Below the pieces are notes generated by a model. That model had not been told where the DNA came from and did not search any database. It was given only the letters and a program-made list of their open reading frames with translations. From Antechinus flavipes (taxonomy: Eukaryota): a stretch of DNA of 64,000 bases. Location of the stretch: the NCBI RefSeq assembly GCF_016432865.1, contig NC_067404.1, forward strand, positions 56,358,001 through 56,422,000, written 5' to 3'. Below, piece by piece: positions 50,991-64,000 of the stretch (within the stretch, counting starts at the first letter, position 1; every line of letters begins with the position of its first letter). The translations under genes and the position numbers were made by a program.

Positions 50991-53875
50991 TCTTCCTTCA
51001 GCACCACTTTGAGACTGTCACCAGTTTCTTGCCGGGGTGCTCCAGCTAGAAGTTTCCCAGGATAGCTGGTACTGGTTTCCCATACTCCTTTGGAAAAAAC
51101 CCTCTTTTCTTTAGGTCACTACCCACCCAAGGTTCTGTCTTCCATAGCACACCTGAAGAAGTATGTATCACACTGCAACATTTTCTCCTGAACATCAGAT
51201 AGGACAAGACTTGGAGGTGACTTCCCTGTTTGCTTCTCGGCTCAGTTAAGATCAGTGGTTGCCATCTTTTAGAATGTTTATCATCTGAATTTCACCATTT
51301 GAATGCATAAGAATATCTAGATAGATAGCTAGATTTTTTTTCAGTTTTCACTCTAATATGTAAACACAGCCAAAACGACATGGACAAATAAAATAGAGGT
51401 GCTTTGTTTTGGAGGTAACTGGGTTAAAGTGAATTGTCCGAGGTCACACAATTACTAAGTATCTGAAGTCAGGATTTGAACACAGGTCCTTTTGACTCCA
51501 GAACTGTTGCTCTTCATTGCACTGCCACATAGCAGTCTTGAGTTGTTTTTGAGAGGCAGCATGCCTTAGTGGAAAAATAGCTAGCCTTGATTCAGAAAGC
51601 TCTGGGTTCAAATTTCACTTCTGAAACATGCTGGCTGTGTGACCATAGACAACTCACTTAACCAACCATTCATTGAATCTGGCAACTCTCTAAGACTAGA
51701 AGCTGCAGGACAGATACTAGTCTGCTTTGATAGAGGGCATTCTTCTTTGTCAGTGAATCCACAGGTCTAATTTTTTTGAAAAACTAACTTTCCTATTAAT
51801 CCTTTATGCCGTTTTCACTTATTACTAATGTAACGAAATCCTATACCTGAGTAACTGCCACACATAAATATTATTGTCCTGTGTCTGCACTATAACTGAA
51901 ATGAACTAACAGAAGACAAGGTTGGAAATGAGCCTTTTAAATGAGCAATCAATGAAAAGTCTCCAGTGAAATTTAATTGAACAACCAAGCAAAAGATTCC
52001 AGTAGAAATAAGTAGAGCACACATTGAAGCATTTGGGGGGGGGAGATTGGCAGTCTAATTTTGAAATGCACCTGGGGTGCCTCTAGCAGGACTGTGGGTG
52101 CTTAGGAAGATTAGAGGGCATTTGCACAAGACTGTTGTATAATTGCAAATTTTTCCCTTCCCATATACAAGTCACTGGCGTATGGAATAAGAAAGGGAGC
52201 GACACTTTCAAAGCTGAGATGACCGTTATCCAAGCCTGATTGCAGATGCTATCAGTGGAAGGATGGTGTTTCAAGGGCTATTCCAATCACAGCTTTTGGT
52301 CAGACCGATCGGAGTCTGGATCTATTTGTCTGGCCTTCAGCTAACCAACACTCATTTCTTAAGTGTGCTAGGTACTGGAGATACAGAGACAAAATTAGAC
52401 TGTCCCCATCCCCAAGGACCTTATCTTCTAGCCATCAGCAAAATCAACCATTTCTAGATGGTCATGCAGACACCCAGTGCTGACTAGTTTGACTAGAAGT
52501 CATACATAGCATTTCTCGTGGCCCTTGAGCTCTTAACCACGGCCCTTAACCACGGGAACTTTCTGAGGTAAAAACTCGGACCTCCTTCTCTCAAGGAGGC
52601 CTGCACAGAATGCATGCTGGGACTCACTCTCTGGTACTAACGGGTTAAATAAGATCACTAAGTTACAGACCTGACTTTCTCCTAGCTCTACCTAACACTT
52701 GGAAGTGGTGATGGTATAGAATAGGGCTTGAGAAATCTTTTCTGCTCGTGATCCCTTTTCACCTGAGAAGTTTTTATGTAATCCCAGGTATATAGGTTTA
52801 CAAATCAAACATTTACTGATAATAAATCATAATTTCGCGACCCCCACATTCAGGTACGAGATCCAATATGGGATTGTGAACCACAGTGTAAAAAGATGGG
52901 GTACGGGAGAGGGAAAGAAAGCTGGTAGGTAACCTTTAAATTTGATAAGGCCTCAGGAGTGATCTCAAAGAAGTGGGAATAATAGAAAGGGATCAGGTGT
53001 TTTCGAAACACACACTCAAAGGTTAATGTAAACTCTTGCAAAGAGTGAATTCTGCCTCTCAGCTTCTATACCAATCAGAAGAAAAACATGGAAAGTAGGC
53101 TTATGGCTCTCCAAAAGACTAAGTCCTACAAGTGTTTTGGTTTTTAGGAATACTAATAATAACATCACCATGCCAAATTACTCAAACTCACCAAACTACT
53201 TAGATTGAAAAGCTCTCAAAATACAGCTATCTAATGGAAGAAATTCAAACCACGTGGGAATAGGATGAGGTATATATCATCTCCGCCATCTTGTCTGCTA
53301 CTAGAATTGTCCCAAAGATGCTTTTAGTGAGTGTACAAACATTTCTTATTCAAGTATAAAAAAATAGGTAGTTGACCCAACTGTAAAACAGTTCGTAGAG
53401 CATTAAAGATAAAAGACTAATAGTGTGGCAAGTATTTCTTTTACCACATCAAGGAAGGGGGGCAAGAAGATGAGTTCTGTTGACTTGTGAATCCTATGTG
53501 GAGTTTATGATGCCTAGAATACAACCGCGTGACAAGGCCTAGAAAGTGGTTGGATATTGGAATTAGAGTTTGGGAGAGAGATGAAAGCTGGAAGTTATTT
53601 AAATAGAGATGATTTTCAACCCAGTAAAGCTGATGATGTCACAATTAGAATATAAAAGTCAAAGAGAAGAGAACCCAGGACAGAAGCCTGAAGGTGAGAT
53701 ATAGATGATGACTGAGGAAGGTGTGAGAACCAGAAGAGCTAAGTGTCATAAAAGTCCAAAGAGAGAGTTCTCCTAAAGAGGAGGGGCCAAACAGTATTGA
53801 ACACTAATTGCAAAGAAGTCGATCAAGACGAAGATTGAGAGGCCATTGGAGTTATCATTAAAAAATTAGCTTTGA

Positions 53876-54028
53876 GGGACAGCTAGGTGGTTCAGTGGAT
53901 AGAGCCACAGCCCTGAAGTCAGGAGGACCTGAGTTCAAATGTAGCCTCAGACATTTAATACTTCCTGGCTGTGTGACTCTGGGCAAGTCACTTAACCTCA
54001 ATTGCCTCAGCAAAAAATAAAAAATAAG
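53876..54028 (+). mobile_element. WSINE1-type SINE
   Basis: gggacagctaggtggttcagtgg...aattgcctcagc and A tail; flanking aaattagctttg / aaatcagctttg TSD-like repeats. Confidence 0.87.
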
Positions 54029-55259
54029 AAATCAGCTTTGTAGTGCTTTTAGAGAGCACAATTCCATTAGGATGATGAGAATAGAAACCAGGTTGCAGGA
54101 GACTGAGAAGGGAGTGGGGATGAGAGAAAGCAGAGGCAAGACAGAATTTTTTAATTGTCTTGGCTATAAAAGGAATAAAAGATATGGAAAGATAATTTGA
54201 GGGGATGGTAGATTCAGATCTGGTCCCAAAGTCAATGAACCAAATATATATTTTGTGGTCTCAAATATATGACTATATTTATATGACATAGATGTGGATA
54301 TGCATATACATATACGTGCATGCATATATTTCCAAAATTACATATAAATAATGATCTTGATATTAATCAAATAATAGACTGTCATAACTAGAGGAAGCAT
54401 TATAAAAGAAACTATTTGGAGAGTCTTTGAGATCTAGATTTCAATTTATAGGTAAAGATTCTCATTGCAAAAAATATAATCTATCTATATTATTTATAAG
54501 GATTCACTGGACAACATTCTTTCAAAGAGCAAATCTCTTTATTAAGTTTAAAATCAAATTACATTTAGAAATAGTTTGTTGATCCAAAACGTTTCAGAAC
54601 CTAAGGCAGACAGTATGATCCAATAGAAAGACTGTAGTTCAAACCGCGCTCCTGCTACTTGCTTGCCATATGACCTTGGGAAAGTTACTTTCCGCTCCGT
54701 GACCTTGGCTAGAAGGCTTCACAACCGCTTTCTGTTTCTAGATAAGGAGCTTTTAACAAGGAAAGAGGAGTTCTCTGACTCACGGATCCCTTGAACAGCC
54801 AATCTGATGAAGTTAATTGCTCCTTTGTGGAATCGTGCTTATAAATGTAATAATTAAATTACATTAAGATTAAAAAGGAAGCCAATTACATTGAGATATA
54901 ATATCTATACATCTCCCAAGTTTATAAACCCCAGCTTAAGAACCTCTGCTTTAGACACATAATTTTGTGATCTGTTCTCTATGGCCCTTATTTGTTTTGT
55001 AACATAAGGTATCGCGAGATGTTAAGTGGAAAGTAACATCTCTGGTTTCATCTGGGGATGTCATTGTTCTTCCACACGGTGAATCAATCCAAATACCTGC
55101 CCCGTGAAGTGTTCTTTTTATTTTCTAGCCATGTAGCCACTATTAGGGAGTATGGTCTCTCAGGGACTGGTTTTGTATCTGGAGTCAAAACCCCCAAATG
55201 AGCAACCCCCCTACCACCCACAGTCAGAGTGCAACCTCCTCCAAACTCTCTCCCCTCTC

Positions 55260-55310
<51 letters not shown>

Positions 55311-57388
55311 GATCTCCTTCCTTCTTTTTTCAGCACAGCTGGGAAGCTCTTTCTAAGTTCAAATGACCTTAGACAACTACTCCTAGAGTAAATGCTGGGT
55401 ATAATTCAATTCTACTTTCCATGCTTTTCCACAGTACTCAAAGGTTGTAGGAAAGAACAGAGAAACAAAAAACCCCACTAGGGTGGGGGTGGAGGGAAAA
55501 GGAAAGGATGCATAGGAAAATACCATATTAGCTGCTGGCTGTGTGTCTGTGGGTGTGGACAGACTGGATAATTCCTTGCCTCTCTCCTGCATTCTGTGGG
55601 CTTCATAGACCAGGAGCTTCCCCTGGGACTGCATGCTTCCTTGTGCAGGAAATCAGAGAAACTTGCTACAAATTTGCCTTCCAACCTCAAGCACTAACCC
55701 AAACCTCCTACTTGGGCCGAGGCCACACCAAGGAACTTGGGGGAAAATGAGCCATTCTCAGCAGAGGACAAAGGGGCAGCAAGCAAGTCAGGAGACTCAA
55801 AGTATCCGACTGAGGAGGGGATGGTTTTGTTGCACACTGGCCCCCCTGTAAAGCACCTGCACCTTGATGTGACAAAGTAGGCATCTCGCCAGGGATTTCC
55901 AAGCACCCTGATATAAGGCTGCGAAACAATGACAAAAGGGCGGTGCTATTCATTTTCAAAATCCAGATGCACCAGGGGCCATAATAATGACCTCTATTTG
56001 ACCTCTTTTCCAAGGAGAAGAGAAAGATTAGGGCTCTTCACAAACTTTAAAACTTGTTCTAATTGAGGATTTAACAAGAGGTGAGCCCAGCTTTACAGAA
56101 AAACCCATAATTATAGCAAGATAATGTTAACTTACAAAGCAGAAATTCCTATCATAGATTCAAGATTACAAAGAAAAAAAAGATCATCTAGGGGAAAAAA
56201 ATCTCCCCAGTTCTTTTAAGTTGCTCCTTCTCCATTCATTAAAGGAGGTGCGGTATCAAAAAAATGGGGAGAGTTCTTGGCAACTCATCCTAAAGCCGTT
56301 AGGTGGCACAGGGTCTGGAGTCAGGAAGCTGTTTTGTCATTTCAGTCATGACCCCATTTGAGTTGTTTTGTTCTGGGTTTTTGGCAGAGATTCTGGAGTA
56401 GTTTGCCATTTCCTTCTCCACCTTATTTTACAGATGAGGAAACTGAAGCAAATAGAGTTAAATAAATGACTTTCCTGGGCTCACACAGTTAGTGTCTTTG
56501 AACTTAAGAAAGATGAGACTTCCCAGTATTCTATCCCTCGAGCCACCTAGCTGCCCTGGAGTCAGGAAAACGAGTTCAAATTCAGCTTTGGACACTGTGT
56601 GACTCTGGGAAAATGTCTTATCTTCTGTTAGCCTCAGTTTCTAAAGTGGAGATAATAATAGCACCTATTCCATTAGGTGAGTTAACACGTGAAACCCTTT
56701 GCAATCCTTCAAGTCCTAAATAAATGCTGCATGTCCCACTCCTGCTAAACCCTTTCTCTTTGAGGTAGTAGATAATAGTGAGAGGGAAACCCAAAGCCAA
56801 CAGCTCCCCTCAAGCCCCCCCATGTTCTCCAAACCACCATTCCCCTGCTGCAAAGCAACCTGATGCCCTGTTAGGTCAGAAAGCAGCTTTCCCAGAGCCA
56901 AATCTTTGCTCCACAACAAAAAAAAACAGACACCTCATTTTGTACCCCTGGGTGCCAGTTTATCTTACCTCTCGGTAGTTCACAAAACCGCAGTAAACAT
57001 TCAACGGGTAGAAACTATCAAAAATTGAAACTGTTGCAGCCAAAACATGGTGTCCAATCATTCTAGATTAGATTTCTTTTTACCCATTTAGCAGCAACTA
57101 GTTCTGGGTTCCGTTGGGTGCTTGGGTTTTCTTGGGAGGGGGGAGAGGCAAAAGTCAGAAGTCATTGCTTTCTTGGGTCCCCCTTTTCCTGCTCAGTGGT
57201 CTGAAAGAGGACCCGCATCCCTACCTTCTCAGGTAGCAGGAAGTAGTCGTTACAGAAGTGTTCACTGTTGCTGCAGCTCCTGAGAACTTATTCTGGTGAT
57301 ATGCCCTGTGTGCTGTGGGGACAATTGAATGGGTACAAAGGACATTGGGATCAGCATTTTCACTCATTCTCTTTTGGACAATCTGTAG

Positions 57389-57477
57389 GCTCTTCCAGGC
57401 GTGAACTTCCCCTGACCAGAGTCCTGGAGCCACTGTACAAAAATGGTGAACGTCCCCCTCCACCGGTACAGATCCTA
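57389..57477 (+). CDS. NRK: Exon: (G)SSRRELPLTRVLEPLYKNGERPPPPVQIL
   Basis: ctgtag acceptor, CTA|gtaagt donor, 89 nt; phase 1-0 fits the chain; position matches the SSKSEGSP exon of paralogues. Confidence 0.62.
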
Positions 57478-58836
57478 GTAAGTTTTCTTTGCCTTTGTTT
57501 CTTGATTGATTTTTACTTGTCATAATCATTTTGGTTTATTCATTACTTCCATGGTTTGGGATTTCATTGTCCCAGTGAACTCTTCCTGACAGCCTAGATT
57601 ATGGTCCCCATCCCCACCATGATTTAGAAGATGAATGTCATGAATGGCCATGGCTAAAAAGATGCATTACTCTGTAGTTAGCCTGGTGGTGAGCACTCTT
57701 AGGTACATAGAAGAGACATAGTCCTCTTCCAGGTCCACTGGAGTGAAAGTGCTCCACTGATATAACCTTTGAAAATCCAAAGTCACCTTACTACCTGTGT
57801 GATTTTGGAGTGGTCACCTCAGTTCTCCACATGGGTCTCAGTTTTTTCCTCCTCTGTCCAATAAAGGAGTTGGACTGGCCAGCCTCTGAAGTCCCTTGCA
57901 GCTTGACTTGTGTGACTATTTGATCCTATGACTTAAATACAAATTATGTGTCCATTATGACACTGCTTCCATAACCCTTAGCAATTAACCTCCCTGGGTC
58001 TCATTTTCCTCCTCCATTCAATAAGACAGGTAGACTTGATGGTTTCTGAGGTCTCTTCAAGTTCTAGATTTATTATCTTATATGAAACTTCACAGCAAGG
58101 GAGGCAGCATGGTATCAGAGAAAGATATGAAGTCAGGAATTGAATCCTGATTTTATTGCTTGCTGGGTATATGAGTTTGTCTAAGTCCTTTTCTCTGGAC
58201 CTCATTTTCCTCATCCCTAAAATAACCAAGTTGGACCAAAGGCTCTTTTCTTACTCATAATTCTATGATCTTATGAATCACTGAAATCTTAAAGTTGAAA
58301 AGGGAATCCAAGGCCATATGGATCCAAGCCCACTTAAACAGGATTCCCCTCTACATAATCCCAATAAGCGATTCATCTCTACTTGAAAATTTTGAACAAT
58401 GAAGAGCTAGCTCATCAGATCCTAAGGCGGCCCACTTTTGTGCAGCTCAAATGGTGAGAAAGTTCTTCCTTTCATTGAGCCTAAATTTATTTCTCTTGAG
58501 CTTTCCCTTTTTCTCCTAGTTCTCCCCCCTGAGTCCAACCAATCACTTGATCCTCCAGCATTCATTAATCTCTACTGCATGCCAGATCCTGGATTCAGTG
58601 TAATGAAGAAATATAAATTGAATCCCCATTCCCCATAACTACCCTTTGAAAAAGGTTAACTTAATTTTTTCAGATGAGGAAACTGAGGCCCAGAGAGATT
58701 GTGATTTGTCTGAGATCACACAGCTGCTAAAGAGCAGAGCAGAGACTTTCTCTCTCCACTGTACCATATTGCCACTTCCCTGGCAGCAGGTAGCAATGAA
58801 AGAACCTTGTTTATCCAAAAAAAACATAAATTCTTT

Positions 58837-59018
58837 TTTTTTTAATTATAGCTTTTTATTTACAAGTTATATGCATGGGTAATTTTTTAGCATTGACAAT
58901 TGCCAAACCTTTTGTTCCAATTTTTCCCCTCCTTCCCCCAACCCCCTCCCTCAGATGCCAGGTTGACTAATACATGCTAAATATGTTAAAGTATAAATTA
59001 AGTATAAAATAAGTATAC
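58837..59018 (-). mobile_element. Young ~180-bp L1 3' end with 17-bp TSD
   Basis: TSD aaaaacataaattcttt at 58820-58836 and 59019-59035; same subfamily as 42531-42730. Confidence 0.9.
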
Positions 59019-60376
59019 AAAAACATAAATTCTTTAAGAAAAATGACATTTCTAGGTTACACTGGGAGATGAAAGATTTACAATTAAAACTGAAATAGAA
59101 AACAAACAACAAGACTTCACAAACCCATCCAAGATTAGAGCCAGAAAGACTCCTAAAGATGTTCTTATCTCAGCCCCTCATTTTGTTTTACTTTCCATGT
59201 TCTCCTGTTCAATAGAACATATTTGTGGGTAAGGATAGATCACTTTAGTATTAGAAGCCAACCCTCAGATACTTCCTAGGTTAACCTCAAAGACTAGAGT
59301 AGAAGAAGTTAGATACTTAGAAACCATTAAAGGGACCTTTATGTCTATAAATCCAAGGTTACCCAATCTTTGGAGAGTTCTGACACCCTATTATTTTTGG
59401 TTTTTGCAATAACCTTTCCTGAGCCCAGAAAGTACAGTGGGGCATGTATTCATTTTTTAACCTAACGGGAATTTTTTGGAGAACTTTTTTGAGATATTCA
59501 GGATACCCCTTCATGTTACTAGATGCAATGTGCAAAGTGGCCAGACTAGACAGGGGAAATCGTTAAGAGAGAGAGCCATTCCTGTACCTCAAATGAAGGT
59601 TTTGACTTCATTTTATCTGGGAACCAAACAGAAAGTCAAATGGGGCTGCATATAAGGCCCTGCCCAAAGTACCTACTTAGCTGTGTCAGTCCACACAAAT
59701 CACTCTAATTCACTTCCCTGAGAAAGACCAACTGGAAGGCACCTTAGATCTAAAGCTTGAAGGAAAGTTAGAAGTCATTTAGTCATAGGACACTAGCTCT
59801 AGAGCTTGATGGGATCTCAGGGGCCATTTGTCCAACACTCTCATTTACAAATGGAGAAATTAAAACCACAAGAGATTAAATGAATGGCCCAAGCTCACAT
59901 AGCGGATTTGATGAGCTCTAGAGCTGGAAGGGACCTCGCATGTCCTCTCGTCCAAGCCCTTCATTTTACAGAGGAGGAAACTGAGGCCCAGGAGGGGAAG
60001 GGATTTGCTCAAGGTCACCTATTACATCCTAATTTTAAGCTTGGAGGGACTTGCCCAAAGTGTCTTGGTGAATCAGTGTCAAAGCCGGGACTAATATCCT
60101 GCTGGATGGAGCTCTGCCTTGGACTGCCTGTGTAGACAATGTTCCTTTCCAGCAAGGGCCACCAGGCACAAAACGGCTGAATAAATGATGACTTCCCAAA
60201 CTTGGGGCCATGTAGGCTTGCTTTAATGTTTATGATCCTCAGTCAAATATTGACTGTCCAGGGAGGTAGAATTTACATTTGAGTGAGAAATATTTTGAAT
60301 GGACTTTTTAAGCTTGTACAGTTTCTCCTACTTCTGAAGCAAAGAGCAACTTCAGTGATTCTACTTGTTCCCACAG

Positions 60377-60492
60377 ACTCCTGGTTTCTTTAGGGGAAAA
60401 GATAATATCAGACTGTTCTTAAAAGCCTCTGAATTTTCATCCTCCAGTGATGAGATTTTTAGCAGTGATGAGGAAGAATACGGTTATCCAAG
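60377..60492 (+). CDS. NRK: Exon: TPGFFRGKDNIRLFLKASEFSSSSDEIFSSDEEEYGYP
   Basis: ttcccacag acceptor, AG|gttggt donor, 116 nt, phase 0-2; KASEFSSSSDE resembles family KVTDYSSSSEE. Confidence 0.8.
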
Positions 60493-60658
60493 GTTGGTTG
60501 TCTTGCTTTTCAGTATTATCTGCATCCTAACACAACTAGAGACTAACCGACTGCCTAGTGATACACTAACAGAAGCTCTATTTATTACATGTGACTTGTG
60601 CACATTTGCAGTTTGACTCTAGGTTTCAGATATGTGCCTCTTCTCTTTCTTCTGACAG

Positions 60659-60715
60659 TATTGGTGTTGGCCAGCCCCAACAGGCATGTGTTCGGGATGT
60701 CCTAGGATGCCCTCA
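60659..60715 (+). CDS. Candidate exon (S)IGVGQPQQACVRDVLGCP
   Basis: strong pyrimidine tract then gacag; open only as a phase-2 start, which fits the previous exon; donor CA|gtgaga; no recognisable homology. Confidence 0.4.
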
Positions 60716-62164
60716 GTGAGAATAGTTCCATTAGCTTTCAAGGGCCACATTTTATGAGGCATTCTGGGAAGCTAAAATGCAAGAGGGCAACAAGCATGGA
60801 GATGGGACTGTTTTACCTGAGGAGACAAGAGCTAGGAGGGATAAATATAAGGATTTAGAGCTGGGATGTACCCCTCCATTTGATAGGGGAAGAATTCCCT
60901 CAAAGTGGTATGACCTGTCCAAAGTTACATGCTGCTAACAAATCACAAGAGCTGAAATGGGAATCCAGATTTGGAACTTTACAAATTCAGTGCTCTTTTC
61001 ACCATACCTCTGTTCCCAACAACTGTCCTCAAATATCTGAAGTCCTGTCATGAAAAGGAGTAGGGCATTCTGATTGGCACGAGAGAACCAAACCAGGAGC
61101 AAGGAGTGAAAATGGCAGGAAATCAGATTTCAGCTCAATACAAAGACCAAATTCCAAGGAAATAGAATTGGCTAAATAGGCATGTATTGTCTTAGTAGTT
61201 AACAAGTTTAATAAGTTAATAATATTATTAATAGCAATAATAAGTTAATAAGACACTTGAGGTATTCAGTAATATCTAAAAAAGCCCTTTTCTACATCAG
61301 ACAGGTGGTTGGGCTCTCTCAAATCTCCACTTTCTTCTATGGTCCATACTGTGATAAATTGCTTCCCCTTCACTGGGTTTGTATTTACTCACAATTCTCA
61401 GGGCCCATTTTTCCATATAAGACTCTCTTCCCTTAAGTAACTGATATTAAACGCATAATATACATTGTAGTGTATCCGCTGAGCTAGGTGGATAAACAAA
61501 CTGCTTTGTTTGACAAACTGCTCCAGTATGGTTGTTAAGAAAGTCCCATGCTCAGAAGAGGTGTGCTCCAGCTCACAGAGTCAGATACAACTGAATTACT
61601 GAACAACAACAATTAAAAAAGAACACTTTATTTAAAATAACGTAGGGGGAGTTGTTGATCAATGGAGTCTTGTTTCACCTTGATGAGATTACAAGGTACA
61701 ACTGTTTGTTCAGAAGCATCTAAGAGACAACTTTCCAAAAAGTTAGGTGTGCCCAATGGCATCTTATTAGGACACAAGAGTGATGAACTCTTGTTAGGGG
61801 AATCACACTCCTCTGTGGCAAGCTGAAAAATGAGCTCACTCCCTCTTTGCTTTTTCCCTTCTACCTGACTCCAGAGTGGAGCCCGGGGTCTAGCAGAGTT
61901 TTTATATTCCACCACTTTCCCCATTCCCACAAACACCAATTAATGGTCACTTGCCACACAGGTACATGGCATACTACCTGCATTTGCTCAGATGACTAGA
62001 GAGGAGAGTTCCTGGCCTCCCTCTGGCTTCAGTTTGCTATTCTAAACACAAACCAGAGACCAGAGGGCTGAAAGTAGATTTTTCCAGCCCAAGACATGAG
62101 AACAGAAGCATACCAATAGGTATTTTCCTCTTCCCATGAATCACTGACTGAATCCTCTCTACAG

Positions 62165-62263
62165 GAGCCATCCTCTAACTGTCATAATCCATGTCCAAAT
62201 GAGGAAAAAGTCTGCTTTCTTCCTAGCCATCACAGTGCCCAACCAGTTCCCAGTGAGCATTAG
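62165..62263 (+). CDS. Candidate exon; frame and donor ambiguous (ends 62252 or 62263)
   Basis: ctctctacag acceptor; open in phase 0 (EPSSNCHNPCPNEEKVCFLPSHHSAQPVP) or phase 2; donors gtgagc and gtagtt. Confidence 0.3.
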   Translation, partial: EPSSNCHNPCPNEEKVCFLPSHHSAQPVPSEH

Positions 62264-62917
62264 GTAGTTGCAATGTATTATCTTTGTAGGGTCCTGACCA
62301 TTTTCTGGGGGCATTTTTCTTAATGGCAGATCACCCATTATTTCAACTACTCGATATGGGGTGCCCATTCTTACACAAGCACAACCAATCAGGTACCCCA
62401 ACCACAGTTGTTACCACAGGATTGTGGAACAAGTATTTCTCCAATTATGGCTTCTTTGCCAGGAACCTTTTTTTGACCAAGGTTGAGACTTGGAAAACAT
62501 GCTACTCAAGGCAGTATTTGCTTGAGCGGGAATCATTAAGTCTGAAACTGCATCTTACTATCCTTAAGGAGATGCACACCCTGAGTATTGTAATCACGTG
62601 CTACCGAGTGTGATGGAATGAGTCCAAAGCCCGAGTAGAAGGCAGAGTAGAAGACAAATGGGGCCTTTTTAGTACTCAAGTGGTAGCAAGAGTGGTGCTC
62701 CCAACTTTCTTCCATATCCTCCCTATCCCAATGTTTGGATAAGAGCCATTTTTACCTGCTAACTTGTACTCTGAAGTCTTAGAAGATTTGGGGTTGGAGA
62801 AGACATGGCAACACTGTGGTTCTCTGAAATGAATACAGTAACAAGAAAAAGGTGCTATTTTTAGTTTGAAAAACAAATTCCCCATATCCATGAACAGAAC
62901 TTCTCATTTTGCTTCAG

Positions 62918-63004
62918 ACAAGTTAATTGCAAAATATACTGTCACCACGAGATATTTCTGGAGCTCGGGATATGCCCACAGAGCCCCTCTTGGGGTTCCA
63001 CACA
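62918..63004 (+). CDS. Candidate exon QVNCKIYCHHEIFLELGICPQSPSWGST
   Basis: ttctcattttgcttcag acceptor; FLELGICPQSPSWGST aligns without gaps to MAP4K4 FIDPRLLQISPSSGTT (recalled); donor uncertain. Confidence 0.4.
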
Positions 63005-63236
63005 GTACTAGGCCTGTCCTGCTCTGCCTGTTTGTCTGTCCCACTTTGAACATTTGTCAGTTTAGTGCTCTGGGCACATCACCAGCTCTCTGGAGCTCGT
63101 AGAGGCCCTCTTCTTTTAGTCTAAACACACACTATTTTCATATTTATATTTGTTCATGGCCATTGGTATTTAAAATATTTTAAAAGAACATTAGAAACCA
63201 TTTAAAGTCTCTCCCTTTTTAACAGTAGATTTGTTC

Positions 63237-63279
<43 letters not shown>

Positions 63280-64000
63280 ACTCACTCACATATTTATGAA
63301 GAAATCCTCTACCGTTACTAATTTTGGATTCATTCACCAGAAATTTACAAAGGCCTTTTTTAGGTCCTACAGAGTTTTTATACAGAGTTGCTTATTTGCT
63401 CTCCTCATAACCCCTACGAGTTTAGGACAGAGATTATCATCCCAGAAAATTGCTCATGGTCGTATTAAGTGGCACAGGTGCGATTTGGACCTACGTCTCA
63501 TCTTGCAGTTTGTCTTTCTTCCTTCTCTGAGATTTCTCAGGAAAGGTTTATTTAAAAAAAAAAGGGAGGCATGGAGAGAAATAGATTTTATTATTTTTAC
63601 ATTTTTACTGATGTATTTTGTTTTTATATCATCATCGTTTCTGATATATCTCTCCCCATCCCTCTCCCCCATCTCTTAGGACAAGTCTTCCTAATAAATT
63701 TCAAAACTAGATTGCTTTCTTTTGTAATCCTATGTATTTTATTTTATGCATCTAAAAATCTTATTCTGAGAGAGAGAATCCATAAAATCTACCTGACACT
63801 ACCCAAAGGGATCCAGAACACCAAAAAAAGAGTTTAAAAATTTTGCCTTAAATATATAAAACAGGCATTTAAAAAAAGTTGGGGAAAAAAATTTCAGTCA
63901 AACAAACCAAGCCATCAACAAAATGTAATGATATAATGAGATGTTCCATACCCAGCTCTCCATCCCTAGCTATCTCCACCTCCTCCTTCAGCAAAGAAGG

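Noticed and set aside
51002-51068. Acceptor-like site just after the second gap
   Set aside because: Stops in all three frames before a usable donor; an exon hidden in the gap cannot be excluded
52533-52648. ttaacc...gggttaa segment suggesting a piggyBac MITE
   Set aside because: The ends do not form matching terminal inverted repeats
55119-55200. Strong acceptor followed by HVATIREYGLSGTGFVSGVKTPK
   Set aside because: Open only in phase 2, which does not fit the chain; no good donor before the stop

Overview
Eukaryotic genomic DNA, most likely from a dasyurid marsupial (WSINE1-type and Mar/MIR SINEs, marsupial L1 and RTE remnants, an OC1-like hAT MITE; two N gaps). The window lies inside one + strand multi-exon gene of the Ste20/GCK-IV kinase family (MAP4K4/TNIK/MINK1/NRK). 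Sixteen exons can be chained in one phase-consistent frame from 1260 to 60492 (3575 nt, about 1191 codons); the N-terminal exons and the C-terminal CNH domain lie outside the window. The kinase exons are close to MAP4K4/TNIK with intact catalytic motifs, but the region after the kinase is strongly diverged, which points by exclusion to the marsupial NRK orthologue. The standout is a 1873-bp exon (28680-30552), about 211 bp in the paralogues as I recall them. It is expanded by three blocks of Gln/Pro/Lys/His tandem repeats: 20 coiled-coil heptads, 20 QQPPKQE units, and about 9 12-mers that reiterate the QPPKVP core of the family's SH3-ligand motif. The introns hold several retroposon and DNA-transposon insertions with clear target-site duplications, a minisatellite whose units look like in-frame mini-exons, and a probable templated insertion. 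All homology statements are from memory of the family, not from database searches.
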